DNA of 64,000 bases. Source: an uncultured virus (IMG/VR IMGVR_UViG_3300027770_000035) (Duplodnaviria > Heunggongvirae > Uroviricota > Caudoviricetes). Positions within the stretch are counted from its first letter, which is position 1. Each line of letters begins with the position of its first letter. This document shows, piece after piece, positions 11,019 through 20,774 of the stretch. Below the pieces are notes generated by a model. That model ran no database searches and was not told the origin of the DNA. It worked only from the letters and a program-made list of their open reading frames with translations. The stretch is taken from IMG/VR virus record IMGVR_UViG_3300027770_000035. One strand, 5' to 3'. The position numbers were made by a program, and so were the translations under genes.

Positions 11019-12178
11019 AATTTAACTGCTCCCTCAGGATACCACTTTGTTAGCCAATCTAGGTTAGTGCGTTCTGGATGTTCCTGGTACCAGCCCTTTC
11101 CAGTATGAACATCATAAACCATCTCGAAATATTCCTCATACATAAGAGCAACTCGCTCCATAGAATAGTTCTTTACTGCCCAATCCCGACAATCCTGAGG
11201 ATTGATCTTGTCGATGTTCTTTACTGCCCAACAGAACTGATCAAAGGTACGGCAACGATATCCTGTGACACCCTGCATATTATATTCAGGAAAGACTCCC
11301 CAATCGGTTGTGATGATAGGAGTACCCGAGAACATTGCCTCCATCGCCGCACCACCAAAAGGTTCATTGTACATCGACGGAAGGAAGAATCCCTTGGCTC
11401 GTGCCATAACCTTCTTACGAGTTTCCGAGTCAGCATAACCACAATGTTCAATCTGACCAGGAAGTTGTTTGTAGCCGTGTTCTTCCAAAGTACCCTGACC
11501 ATAGATCTTTAGTTTGACACCTGTTGCCTGTGCGACTTGCCAAGCAATGTCAATACCTTTGCCAGGATATACTCGACCCAGGAATAAAAAGTAATCATCT
11601 TTCTCCTTAGAGAATTCAAATTCATCTGGTTCAAAATAGTTGGGAATTACTACGTGGTACCAGTCCTCTTTGCAAGTTCCTACAGATTCGGCTCCACCGA
11701 TGGCTGATCGAATGGCATAGGATTCAAAGATTCGGAACTTTGCAAAGTGGCCTGAGGCATAACCAATACCAGGTTCAACCACAATCATATCCGGATGAGC
11801 ATCACAGATAGGTCGGTGGCCGTGTCCCCAGAATGGTAACAGGAAGTCGTTCTTCTTCTTGCGCTTGCCGATCTCTCGAATGGCATTGGCATAGAATGTC
11901 TGATAGGCGTGGTCATTCATATCGAACTTGAAGAAGTTCTTCCGCCAATCATAATTGCCATAGGCAATCTTTAGATCTTTATTGGTGGTAACAGGAACGT
12001 GTTCGGTGCATACTAACTCCGAATCTTCGTGACCATAATGAATTACTTCATGACCTCGTTCGGTCATCATCTTACCAAATCGGCGAACTTTGGTGGTGTA
12101 TGCACAAGCACCATAGTCCTTATGAGTTACCGTGTGTGGTAGACCCAGAATATGAAATCTGTATTTTTGATCAGCCAT
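11015..12178 (-). CDS. Glycosyltransferase, GT4-like (start moved to MADQKY)
   Basis: LFLGRVYPGKG and EPFGGAAME (EX7E); GGAG just upstream of ATG at 12178. Confidence 0.88.
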   Translation of the reverse strand: MADQKYRFHILGLPHTVTHKDYGACAYTTKVRRFGKMMTERGHEVIHYGHEDSELVCTEHVPVTTNKDLKIAYGNYDWRKNFFKFDMNDHAYQTFYANAIREIGKRKKKNDFLLPFWGHGHRPICDAHPDMIVVEPGIGYASGHFAKFRIFESYAIRSAIGGAESVGTCKEDWYHVVIPNYFEPDEFEFSKEKDDYFLFLGRVYPGKGIDIAWQVAQATGVKLKIYGQGTLEEHGYKQLPGQIEHCGYADSETRKKVMARAKGFFLPSMYNEPFGGAAMEAMFSGTPIITTDWGVFPEYNMQGVTGYRCRTFDQFCWAVKNIDKINPQDCRDWAVKNYSMERVALMYEEYFEMVYDVHTGKGWYQEHPERTNLDWLTKWYPEGAVKL

Positions 12179-12187
12179 AAATCTCCA

Positions 12188-12238
12188 TATTATTATTATA
12201 CTACGTTTCAATCAGAAAGTCAAGTGATAATTTATTTA
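12188..12238 (-). promoter_or_regulatory. Sigma70-type promoter plus upstream late-promoter core ahead of the glycosylation cluster
   Basis: TTGACT(12223-12218)-17 nt-TATAAT(12200-12195); TAAATA at 12238-12233. Confidence 0.8.
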
Positions 12239-12712
12239 GACACCTGGCATCACAGAGGTTGCGCCCAGAGCATTTAGTGTAGAATCATATCTCCAATAGA
12301 TGTATGATGTGGATCCATAGTAGGCAGAAGGTCCGATACCTGTGGCTCCGGTGGCTCCAATATTCGCATCAATGTTGAAGTTGGTGGCCGAAGGATTGAC
12401 CACAACAATACCCTGAAGCACTCTGGATGTTAAGCCACTCGCAGTAGTATTCACATCATAGAAATATCTTCCAGGAGGAACAGTCTGAGTTGCAGCAGCT
12501 GACATTGTCAGAGTAACATTACCAGCAGTTGCAGGAGCCGGAATGGTTACTCCCATAGCATATACATTGAGACCAGAATAATATGACTTTCTCATCAGAG
12601 CAATACCAGTAGCACCTGTAAGATTAATAACAGTTCCTGCCTGATTATGCACAGTAACTGTGGTTGAAAAGTCTGTTGCCTGATCCAACGAGAGGTTCGT
12701 GTATTGAGCCAT
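12236..12712 (-). CDS. Putative virion structural protein with GATGATG
   Basis: NLSLDQATDF...MRKSY...GRYFYDV...RVLQGIVVVNP resembles small structural proteins of T4-like phages; TAAATA 5 nt upstream. Confidence 0.6.
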   Translation of the reverse strand: MAQYTNLSLDQATDFSTTVTVHNQAGTVINLTGATGIALMRKSYYSGLNVYAMGVTIPAPATAGNVTLTMSAAATQTVPPGRYFYDVNTTASGLTSRVLQGIVVVNPSATNFNIDANIGATGATGIGPSAYYGSTSYIYWRYDSTLNALGATSVMPGV

Positions 12713-12730
12713 ACCTTTATTTAGTCTCCT

Positions 12731-13756
12731 CTACACACTGATAGTGGTTTGTACGGTATAGTTATCTTCTCGATTTGCTGTGGCAGGAATTACCTGAACC
12801 GTTGTGGTGGTAAGAATCTGATTGTTTCCCATATCCAGGAAGTTTATTTTATCAGTCTTGATCACAGCAGTGTTGTCGTGAACCGGAGGATACATCAAAT
12901 AATTTGCGGTGAAGTTCAGAGTCCAGGTTATGATTCTGTCATCGGCCACATCACCCTGATATATATCCTCGGATGTGATGGAGTTCAAGACGATTGGTAC
13001 ATCTCTCTTCGCTCCTCCAGGATTCAGCATATCATTGATGGATATAGTATAGAATGGAGTGAAGTATGGTAGAATTTGTTCGATGATCTGAAGACCATCA
13101 TCAATATACTTTACCAGGATCGACACCGTATAGTCGAATGTATAAGGCACAGGATTGAACTGAGTCGTATACTTAGTAGAGAAGTATTGAGTTCCTGTGC
13201 CTACAGTCGAAAGATTGATGGCTGATCCGGCGATGGCATTGGTATAGGTGGTGGCCAGTTTGATATTATTCGAATCTACTTTGATCACATAGTATGTAAC
13301 ACCACTGGTAAGATTACCGATTGTGGTTCCACCATTTCTGTTATACACCACTGCCTTGCCATTACCCAATCCGTGAGAAGTGAGATTGATAGTCTCGGTG
13401 GTGATGTTTACTGCTGTGGCAGAATTGAAGTTAATATCAGGTCCAGGCACATAGATGTTCTGAGTCAGGGTCTGAGTCTTACGAGTAGAATCATAAGCCA
13501 TGCCAGTTAGTTCATAACCAATTCTGGGCAGAGTTATTTTGATATCAACCTCATCATTTTGAATCGAGGGATTTCTCTGCTGAAGCATAATGATGGCCTT
13601 ATCAGTAGGAGAGTATGCCAGGGGACAAAGAATATTCTTGGCCAGAGATCCATCATTGTTGTATCTCATTACGTGAATATTATCAAACAGCGTTCCGAAT
13701 GCCGCAGTAAGATTGCGAATGGTCGAGAAGTAGTATGGAGTATTTGCTAGTGACAT
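12731..13756 (-). CDS. gp15: Tail sheath stabiliser/terminator, T4 gp15-like, with a ~90-aa inserted domain
   Basis: AFGTLFDNI, PLAYSP, LPRIGYE, YDSTRK, PVPY, DGLQIIEQILPYFTP. Confidence 0.9.
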   Translation of the reverse strand: MSLANTPYYFSTIRNLTAAFGTLFDNIHVMRYNNDGSLAKNILCPLAYSPTDKAIIMLQQRNPSIQNDEVDIKITLPRIGYELTGMAYDSTRKTQTLTQNIYVPGPDINFNSATAVNITTETINLTSHGLGNGKAVVYNRNGGTTIGNLTSGVTYYVIKVDSNNIKLATTYTNAIAGSAINLSTVGTGTQYFSTKYTTQFNPVPYTFDYTVSILVKYIDDGLQIIEQILPYFTPFYTISINDMLNPGGAKRDVPIVLNSITSEDIYQGDVADDRIITWTLNFTANYLMYPPVHDNTAVIKTDKINFLDMGNNQILTTTTVQVIPATANREDNYTVQTTISV

Positions 13757-14310
13757 TATCTTAATTTATCTCGGTATTCTGAAGGAATAATTTTATAAAA
13801 ATAAGAATCATCTGGGCCATTCAAGACTTTCTTTGCGAAGTCTCGTTTCATAATATAATGGTCTGCACCAGTACTGGTAGACCAGGCAACATATGTCAGG
13901 AATAATTCTGGTTGAGACTTTTCAAAATTTGCTATGAAAGTCGAATATAATCTACGTCTGCTGGGTTCATCAGCATCGAAAGCATCGAACTGAATTACAT
14001 TAGGGTTCTTCTTGGTAATGAAATCTTTAATAATATCCTGAATAGTAGCAAATATCCTAAATTGATCACCAGTACCACTAATTTTGAACGCAGTATCAAC
14101 ACTTTTATCTAATTTTCTTAGGTAATTAAAATCTATATTGAAAGAGAGTTCCCAATACTGATCCTGACTATACAATTTCACCCGATATGGTACTCCTAGC
14201 TTGGTGGTGAATTTATACATGAAATAATCATTACTTGAATTTTCGGCTTCAAACTCCCACTTGTATGGATTATTAAGAACTTCATTGAGGTACTGTTTGA
14301 ATGTTAGCAT
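13756..14310 (-). CDS. Hypothetical protein with capsid-targeting-like leader
   Basis: N-terminus MLTFKQYLNE; AT-rich; lies between gp14 and gp15. Confidence 0.7.
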   Translation of the reverse strand: MLTFKQYLNEVLNNPYKWEFEAENSSNDYFMYKFTTKLGVPYRVKLYSQDQYWELSFNIDFNYLRKLDKSVDTAFKISGTGDQFRIFATIQDIIKDFITKKNPNVIQFDAFDADEPSRRRLYSTFIANFEKSQPELFLTYVAWSTSTGADHYIMKRDFAKKVLNGPDDSYFYKIIPSEYRDKLR

Positions 14311-14314
14311 GTCT

Positions 14315-14950
14315 TTATCCGAAAGGATTGGCCTCTACGTTATTTATTATGCCTTCGGCAACATCCTGAATCTTTTGATTCTTAGCAAATAGATCAAGAA
14401 TACCAGATGCTCCCAGAGCACCATTGTTGGCAAACTTATCCTGAACCGTATCGGCATCGGTTCCTGTGTCAATATCTTCATTAGAATATTTGAAGACTTC
14501 ACAGGATAACACGAAGTACTGGCGAGATCCCAGCGGGAATAGTGGGTTCTTATCCTCGATGAACTTGATCTCAAATATAGCCTTGGTCACAGGGTTGTAG
14601 ATTAGATCTCCTTCGACTGGAAGATTAGCTCCAATGTATTGAGCGAACTTCTCTCTGGAAACAATCAGCCGAAGTTGGTAATTCAGTTGGAAGCCAAAAT
14701 TTGTGATCTGCGGACCTATACCTTGGTATGCATCATAATTTTCTACAAACATTTCTATCGTGAAGTTTTTGGTAAAGGAACTAAGAGTGTCCTCGTGAAA
14801 TAGATCATCCAGCTTAACTATATTACGAGGAATAAAAACCATATCAATCCCATAACTTTCTATGGCTTCATTGACTAGCTGTTGGACTAAATTTTGTTCG
14901 GCTGGAGAACCAATACCACTACCTGATTGAAAGTATGATCTAGTTGGCAT
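14315..14950 (-). CDS. gp14: Neck protein, T4 gp14-like
   Basis: EQNLVQQLVNEAIESYG, FIPR, PVEGDLIY, FEIKFIE, NPFG. Confidence 0.92.
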   Translation of the reverse strand: MPTRSYFQSGSGIGSPAEQNLVQQLVNEAIESYGIDMVFIPRNIVKLDDLFHEDTLSSFTKNFTIEMFVENYDAYQGIGPQITNFGFQLNYQLRLIVSREKFAQYIGANLPVEGDLIYNPVTKAIFEIKFIEDKNPLFPLGSRQYFVLSCEVFKYSNEDIDTGTDADTVQDKFANNGALGASGILDLFAKNQKIQDVAEGIINNVEANPFG

Positions 14951-14953
14951 ATT

Positions 14954-15709
14954 TTAGCCTATCTGAAAATCTATGGGCATCTGATAGTCATTCACCAATT
15001 TGTCTTCCAGAATATTACACTCTTCATTGGCCTGAGCATATATCTCGGCACCATTCAATGTAATCCCTCCTGGTAGATTAACTGAACCAAACTTACTCAG
15101 ATTACCTCCCCACTGCCGTTTGATGTATGCAGTAGCCAGAGCCTTTAACATATAGTCATCCCATACTGCGGGATAGCGATCAATATCGATTCTGGTGTAA
15201 ACTTTGAACAATACCGCAGGAGCCATTGCCTTGATGGTGGACAGTGTCTGAGAGAAAAATATCTTGGAGGTCTTGCGATTGAAATGGAACGACTTCACCG
15301 GAGCCATTTCTTTCTGCACAGTATCTGTATATGATCTAAGCATATCAAAGTACTGAAGATTACCTGTGGCCACACCAGGAGTTACATAGAAGTCATTGAG
15401 GAAGAACTGATACTGAGCCGAGAATAGATCTGACCCTGATAGGAAAGAAGATGCGGTAAAAGGATATACAGAGACCACAGAGAAGATTTTCGGATCTAGT
15501 GGAATAAATCCATTGGTGACATCGATGTCCTGAATCTTATAGACATAGGATGTTTCCTCGATACCATCAAAGTGGTAGTCATAGAAACGATCCAACGCAT
15601 CATCGATACGATCATCGATCTGAGTGGTGTCTACGTTGATATCGATGACAGGATGACCAAGTCGTCGAAGACAATATTCCCGAAATTCTTCTCTGTTTTG
15701 TGGTCTCAT
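14954..15709 (-). CDS. gp13: Neck protein, T4 gp13-like
   Basis: YCLRRLGHPVIDINV, YHFDG, KRQWGGNLSKF, LPGGITLNG; TATAAATA at 15723-15716. Confidence 0.93.
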   Translation of the reverse strand: MRPQNREEFREYCLRRLGHPVIDINVDTTQIDDRIDDALDRFYDYHFDGIEETSYVYKIQDIDVTNGFIPLDPKIFSVVSVYPFTASSFLSGSDLFSAQYQFFLNDFYVTPGVATGNLQYFDMLRSYTDTVQKEMAPVKSFHFNRKTSKIFFSQTLSTIKAMAPAVLFKVYTRIDIDRYPAVWDDYMLKALATAYIKRQWGGNLSKFGSVNLPGGITLNGAEIYAQANEECNILEDKLVNDYQMPIDFQIG

Positions 15710-15718
15710 ATATCTTAT

Positions 15719-16084
15719 TTATACAAAGTCAATGAATGGCTCCAACTGAAGAATGTCCGAAGAAGAGATGTTGAATGACTCCGGTAGATCCTTTGCACCC
15801 AGCTTGTCGAAGTTCAGAGTGACTTCTGTTTCGAGTAGTGGCCTCAAGGCTTCTGAGAACAATGGAATGTTCTCTTCCGTGACTGTGGTAATGCCTGTGT
15901 CAGGATCTGTCGTTCCGAATTTCTCGACCAGGCGCTTTCGATGATCCTCTAGATCTGAGATCTCCGAGATGACCTGTTTGATCAGTCTCGAAATCTTGTA
16001 TGCTGTTTGAATCGGTAGTGCCTGATTCGATAGATTTCCTAGTGCTGATTCTGCACCTTTAATTTGTCCTAGTGTTACTTTCAT
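15719..16084 (-). CDS. Hypothetical helical protein
   Basis: 121-aa ORF with GAGG upstream and CATAAATA further upstream. Confidence 0.65.
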   Translation of the reverse strand: MKVTLGQIKGAESALGNLSNQALPIQTAYKISRLIKQVISEISDLEDHRKRLVEKFGTTDPDTGITTVTEENIPLFSEALRPLLETEVTLNFDKLGAKDLPESFNISSSDILQLEPFIDFV

Positions 16085-16160
16085 GTATATACCTCACTTA
16101 TTTTGTACTACCAACATATTTATGTACCTGTATACTAGTATATTCCCTGGTACATTTAAT

Positions 16161-16241
16161 ATTATAGCTGGTCCTGAGGCAAAAGTCAAGCATAAACAAA
16201 AAAATATTTTGCTTGTGTTCTGGATGCCTATAGGGTATAAT
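16161..16241. promoter_or_regulatory. Back-to-back sigma70-type promoters
   Basis: Minus: TTGACT(16189-16184)-17-TATAAT(16166-16161). Plus: TTGTGT(16213)-17-TATAAT(16236), primase ATG 6 nt later. Confidence 0.75.
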
Positions 16242-16247
16242 AGTAGT

Positions 16248-17252
16248 ATGGCCCTCTATATCGATGTGAAGTATCTTGGATTCGTGTCCTCTGCTCTTCC
16301 TCTGTTCAAGCGAAAATCCGACAACCTATGGAACTTTCGTTGTCCATTTTGTAAGGATTCTGAGAAGAAGGCATCCAAGGCCCGAGGATATATCTATGCT
16401 CGATCTCAGGAACTGTTCTTCCGATGTCACAACTGTCAGTATGGAACCACGTTCTACAAGTTCTTGGCCAGGGTGGATCCTACACTTCACAAGGAATATA
16501 TGCAGGAGAAGTTTTTGGATTCCAAGGGCGAGGCCACGAAGAAGGAAGTTCCTGTGATTCCTCAGTTCAAGGCTCCGGTGTTTGGTCTTCGTCCTAAGAT
16601 TAAGCTGGACAAGATCTCGGATCTGGATTCGCAGCACTGGGCCAGGAAGTATATGCAAGGTCGAATGATTCCTGTGGACAAGCTTCATCTGTTCTACTTT
16701 GCTCCGGACTTCAAACGGTTCGTGGAAGATATGGGATCAGAGAAGCACAAGGATCTGAAGCCAGACGACCCTCGCATTGTCATTCCATTCTATGACGAGG
16801 AACATACTCTGATTGCCTTTCAGGGCCGAGCACTGGTTGACAATAAGATTCGGTATATCACTATTCGGATGAATTCATATTCTGGTCCGCTGATCTATGG
16901 ATTGGATCGAGTTAATAAGGATAGTCCGGTGTATGTGGTCGAAGGACCAATCGATTCCATCTTTCTTCCCAACTGTATTGCTGTTGCTGGTTCAGATCTA
17001 AATAGAGTGTCGGCGATGTTCAAGAATCCTGTGATGGTCTTTGATAATGAACCACGCAACAAGGACATCTGCAAGATTATGGCTCTGTCCCTATCCAAGG
17101 GACACCGTATTGTTATCTGGCCTGATGATATGAAAGAAAAGGACATCAATGACATTGTGGGTTCTGGTAAAGATGCGTGTTCTATTATGATGGATAACAT
17201 CCACAGTGGATTGACGGCTCAGGCCAAATTTGCATTTTGGCGCAAGGCTTGA
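16248..17252 (+). CDS. gp61: DNA primase, T4 gp61-like (start moved to MALYID)
   Basis: Zn finger NFRCPFC...CHNC, RIVIPF, FQGRAL, TOPRIM VEGPIDS, FDNEPRN, KDIND. Confidence 0.95.
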   Translation: MALYIDVKYLGFVSSALPLFKRKSDNLWNFRCPFCKDSEKKASKARGYIYARSQELFFRCHNCQYGTTFYKFLARVDPTLHKEYMQEKFLDSKGEATKKEVPVIPQFKAPVFGLRPKIKLDKISDLDSQHWARKYMQGRMIPVDKLHLFYFAPDFKRFVEDMGSEKHKDLKPDDPRIVIPFYDEEHTLIAFQGRALVDNKIRYITIRMNSYSGPLIYGLDRVNKDSPVYVVEGPIDSIFLPNCIAVAGSDLNRVSAMFKNPVMVFDNEPRNKDICKIMALSLSKGHRIVIWPDDMKEKDINDIVGSGKDACSIMMDNIHSGLTAQAKFAFWRKA

Positions 17253-17277
17253 CTTTTTTAATCAGATGTAGTATAAT
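17249..17277 (+). promoter_or_regulatory. Sigma70-type promoter
   Basis: TTGACT-17-TATAAT followed by AGGAGG and ATG at 17295. Confidence 0.8.
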
Positions 17278-17294
17278 AGTATAGGAGGAACTCA

Positions 17295-17513
17295 ATGAGA
17301 TTCTGGCAATATAATGATATCGCCGATAATGTTACCTTCACTCCAATAACCCGATGCGTGGATGATGATGAAATCTTGGAGATGTATTGGGAATACTGGT
17401 GCGAGAGAATGAGATATCGTGGATTTCCTGAGGAAATAATTACCAAGGAAGCCTGTATTGATGATTGGGTAGTTGTGAATTGGGCCTGGGAAATTAAAGG
17501 AGATGCGAGTTGA
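17295..17513 (+). CDS. Hypothetical protein
   Basis: Strong SD; EILEMYWEYW...CIDDWVVVNWAWE. Confidence 0.7.
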   Translation: MRFWQYNDIADNVTFTPITRCVDDDEILEMYWEYWCERMRYRGFPEEIITKEACIDDWVVVNWAWEIKGDAS

Positions 17514-17701
17514 TGACAAATAAACTACTGCAAGAGTTACTGCAAAAATATCCAGATGATGCTCTGGTCGAAGTAGAAACTCGCCAGAAGACTGGCTACG
17601 ATGAGGGAGATATATATCAATCTCAAATAAAGGATACTGTCAGGCACGATGGAATTATTGTAATATCTACGAGTATGAGACGATTGATCGGAGGATGGTG
17701 A
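17510..17701 (+). CDS. Hypothetical protein
   Basis: Coupled ORF; ELLQKYPDDALV small-phage-protein pattern. Confidence 0.55.
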   Translation: MMTNKLLQELLQKYPDDALVEVETRQKTGYDEGDIYQSQIKDTVRHDGIIVISTSMRRLIGGW

Positions 17702-17702
17702 T

Positions 17703-17849
17703 ATGAATATTAGCAATAATACAAAATCCACTCTGACACATTTACTGATAACGATATTAGCTTTGGTATTGATACCAACAGTATTCCTGTTTGTTGTTAA
17801 ATATGTTGATTGGTTGATTGGTATTTTAGAATTGAGACCGAATCAATGA
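17703..17849 (+). CDS. Small membrane protein (48 aa)
   Basis: MNISNNTKSTLTHLLITILALVLIPTVFLFVVKYVDWLIGILELRPNQ; GGAGG upstream; stop overlaps the thyX ATG. Confidence 0.55.
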   Translation: MNISNNTKSTLTHLLITILALVLIPTVFLFVVKYVDWLIGILELRPNQ

Positions 17850-18580
17850 GCTATAAAACATACGATGAAATTGTAGATGTGAAGCTGTTGTCATACAGTC
17901 AACCTAGCAGTGAATTCGCTCACCTGAAATGTGACGACTCCAAACAGGTGGATGGTTGGGACGACTCTCACGTAGATCATACTCTGACTAATCTGGTGTC
18001 ATATTGTGCCCGAGTATCCAATCCAGCCAATCAAAATAATGTAAATACCTCCGAGAAACTCATTGGGTATCTGCTTAAGAACAAACACTTCTCTCCGTTT
18101 GAGATGGTGAATGTGTGTCTGGAAGTAACCACAACCCGAGATATTGCTCGTCAGATTCTAAGACATCGGTCGTTCTCCTTCCAGGAATACTCTCAGCGAT
18201 ATGCCGATCCGACCCGGGATCTGGAATTCTGTATTCGAGAATGCCGAATGCAGGACACCAAGAATCGTCAGAACTCAGTCACAACTGATGATAATACTCT
18301 ACAATTATCATTCAAGAATATGCAGATTGAGATGATCGACGCAGCCAAGACTAATTATGAATGGGCGATCTCCGCAGGTATTGCCAAGGAAGTTGCCCGA
18401 GTCATTCTACCCGAAGGCAATACGGTCAGTCGCCTATATATTAATGGGACGTTGAGGTCATTCGTCCACTTCCTGGAAGTCCGACTTGGCAATGGAACCC
18501 AGAAAGAACATATGATGGTTGCCCGTGAATGCGCCAAAGTAATTTCTCAGATTTTCCCCTACATCAAAACTCAGGATTAA
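17846..18580 (+). CDS. thyX: FAD-dependent thymidylate synthase
   Basis: CARVSNP, HFSPFE, RQILRHRSFSFQEYSQRY, AKEVARVILP, TQKEH. Confidence 0.97.
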   Translation: MSYKTYDEIVDVKLLSYSQPSSEFAHLKCDDSKQVDGWDDSHVDHTLTNLVSYCARVSNPANQNNVNTSEKLIGYLLKNKHFSPFEMVNVCLEVTTTRDIARQILRHRSFSFQEYSQRYADPTRDLEFCIRECRMQDTKNRQNSVTTDDNTLQLSFKNMQIEMIDAAKTNYEWAISAGIAKEVARVILPEGNTVSRLYINGTLRSFVHFLEVRLGNGTQKEHMMVARECAKVISQIFPYIKTQD

Positions 18581-18582
18581 TA

Positions 18583-20538
18583 ATGTCATCGAATCACTAT
18601 CTAGAAAATTATGTATCTGATATTCTACCAAAGGAATTTCTAACAGAGTATATCACCAAGACTCCTCCTTTTGGATTCGCAGGTTTGGGATACATCGTGT
18701 TCAAACGAACCTATGCTCGTCGTCTTGCTGATGGAACTTCCGAAGAATACTGGCAGACAATTGCTCGATGTATTAATGGAGCACAGAAGATCGGAGCCAC
18801 GTATACAAAACAAGAAGCTCAGAAACTATTCGATCTCATCTTTAATCTGAAGTGTAACTTCGCAGGACGAATGCTCTGGCAGTTGGGTACATCCACCGTA
18901 GATAGATTTGGTGCCAACTCGCTGCTGAACTGCTGGGCAGTTGCAATGAGAAAGCCAGAAGATTTCTGCTTCCTCTTTGAAAATCTTATGTTGGGAGGTG
19001 GAGTGGGATTCTCTGTCAAGAAGGAAGACATTCACGAACTGCCAAAGATTCGCAAAGATGTTGTGGTTACTCACAAGGCCACCAATGATGCTGACTTCAT
19101 TGTTCCTGATTCTCGTGAAGGTTGGGTTGCTCTGCTCAGGAATGTACTTACCTCATTCTTTGATACTGGTAAGTCATTCACATACTCTACCATTCTTGTT
19201 CGTGGTGCAGGAGAACATATTGCAGGGTTCGGTGGTACGGCATCAGGTCCGGTTATTCTGATAGAAGGTATTGAGAAGATCATCCATGTTATTAAGAAAC
19301 GAGAGAATAAGAAGCTTCGGTCGATTGATGTTCTGGATATCGCTAATATTATTGGATCTGTGGTTGTGGCTGGTAATGTTCGTCGCAGTGCGGAAATTAG
19401 TATCGGTGATCCAGACGACTATCACTTCCTAAGAGCAAAGCGTTGGGATCTGGGTAACATTCCTAATTGGCGTGCAATGTCCAATAATACTATTGCGGCG
19501 GATTCATATGAACAGATCTCAGACACTGTATGGGAAGGCTTCAAAGGTAATGGTGAACCCTATGGCCTATTCAATCTTCCTCTGGCTCAGAAGTATGGTC
19601 GTCTAGGAGAAGAGAAGAAAGATACTGGAGAGCTTACGAATCCCTGTGCAGAAATCATTCTAGGTGATAAGGAATGTTGTAATCTATCAGAACTCTACCT
19701 GAATAATATTTCTTCTCAGGAAGAACTTTTGGAAGCAGCAACTCTGCTATACAAGACTCAAAAAGCGATCTGTGATCTGCCATTCATTCACGAAGAGACC
19801 AATGAGATCGTCCATAAGAATATGCGTATTGGAATTGGTGTCACTGGTATATGTCAATCATTAAATAAACTCGAATGGCTCGACCCGACTTACAAGGCAC
19901 TACGAAAGTTTGACAAGGTGTGGTCCAAACAATGTGGTTGGCCAGAGAGTATTCGTCTGACCACAGTAAAGCCCTCAGGAAGCTTGAGTCTGTTGGCAGG
20001 ATCCACACCAGGTGTTCATCCAGGATTCTCTAGGTTCTTCATTAGACGAGTTCGTATGTCATCAGGAGACGCATTAGTCTCCACCTGTAGGCAGCTGGGA
20101 TATCACATAGAGTATGCCAAGAACTTTGATGGTACGGAGAGTCGAGATACTGTGGTGGTTTCTTTCCCATGTGAGTACTCTGCCGAAACAGTTCTTGCCA
20201 AGGATATGAAGGCCACAGATCAACTTGAACTGGTTAAGAAGATGCAGACTCTTTGGTCTGATAATTCGGTATCCGTGACTGTGTATTATAAGAAGGAAGA
20301 GTTGTCCGAGATTCGAGAATGGTTGAAGAACAACTATACAAATTCTCTAAAAACAGTATCATTTCTTCTACACAGCGAACACGGATTCGTTCAGGCTCCA
20401 TATGAACAGATCGATGAGGTTAAATATAATGAGTTGAAACGGAAGATCAAACCATTGACCAATGTAATGATTGAATACTCGGAAGAAGAACTTGGTGGAT
20501 TGGGTTGTGAAGCTGGAGGCGTATGTCCTGTGAAGTAG
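18583..20538 (+). CDS. nrdJ: Class II (adenosylcobalamin-dependent, monomeric type) ribonucleotide reductase
   Basis: KRTYAR, GRMLWQLG, LLNC, GGGVG, VAGNVRRSA, TNPCAE, CNLSE, TTVKPSG, C-terminal CxxGxCP. Confidence 0.93.
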   Translation: MSSNHYLENYVSDILPKEFLTEYITKTPPFGFAGLGYIVFKRTYARRLADGTSEEYWQTIARCINGAQKIGATYTKQEAQKLFDLIFNLKCNFAGRMLWQLGTSTVDRFGANSLLNCWAVAMRKPEDFCFLFENLMLGGGVGFSVKKEDIHELPKIRKDVVVTHKATNDADFIVPDSREGWVALLRNVLTSFFDTGKSFTYSTILVRGAGEHIAGFGGTASGPVILIEGIEKIIHVIKKRENKKLRSIDVLDIANIIGSVVVAGNVRRSAEISIGDPDDYHFLRAKRWDLGNIPNWRAMSNNTIAADSYEQISDTVWEGFKGNGEPYGLFNLPLAQKYGRLGEEKKDTGELTNPCAEIILGDKECCNLSELYLNNISSQEELLEAATLLYKTQKAICDLPFIHEETNEIVHKNMRIGIGVTGICQSLNKLEWLDPTYKALRKFDKVWSKQCGWPESIRLTTVKPSGSLSLLAGSTPGVHPGFSRFFIRRVRMSSGDALVSTCRQLGYHIEYAKNFDGTESRDTVVVSFPCEYSAETVLAKDMKATDQLELVKKMQTLWSDNSVSVTVYYKKEELSEIREWLKNNYTNSLKTVSFLLHSEHGFVQAPYEQIDEVKYNELKRKIKPLTNVMIEYSEEELGGLGCEAGGVCPVK

Positions 20539-20774
20539 ATCTAATAAAAGACTTTCCGCTGCCCACGGCGGATGATCTGTGGATCTGTTGTGAATGGTGT
20601 GATTGGTGTGAGAAGCCAATCACCCAGCAACAATATGATGATGGTGATGTGTTGATTGAAACCTATATGGGAGGAAATCAATATCAGAGAGTGTTCCGAA
20701 CGAAACATAAAAAATGTTTGCTATACTCGGAAGAATTATTTACAAGGATTGGTGAATATGAACCTATGGCTTGA
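20523..20774 (+). CDS. Hypothetical Cys-rich protein (start uncertain)
   Basis: CDWCEKPI...HKKC; fills the gap between nrdJ and the next gene. Confidence 0.45.
   Translation: MSCEVDLIKDFPLPTADDLWICCEWCDWCEKPITQQQYDDGDVLIETYMGGNQYQRVFRTKHKKCLLYSEELFTRIGEYEPMA

Noticed and set aside
16083..16247. N-terminal extensions in the ORF track for primase, thyX, nrdJ, GT4, rnh, gp62, gp3, gp6, gp25 and gp4
   Set aside because: The extensions run through promoters or neighbouring genes; downstream ATGs match the family N-termini
18583..20538. Intein or intron in nrdJ, thyX or primase
   Set aside because: Lengths and motif spacing look normal; no splicing motifs or frame breaks seen
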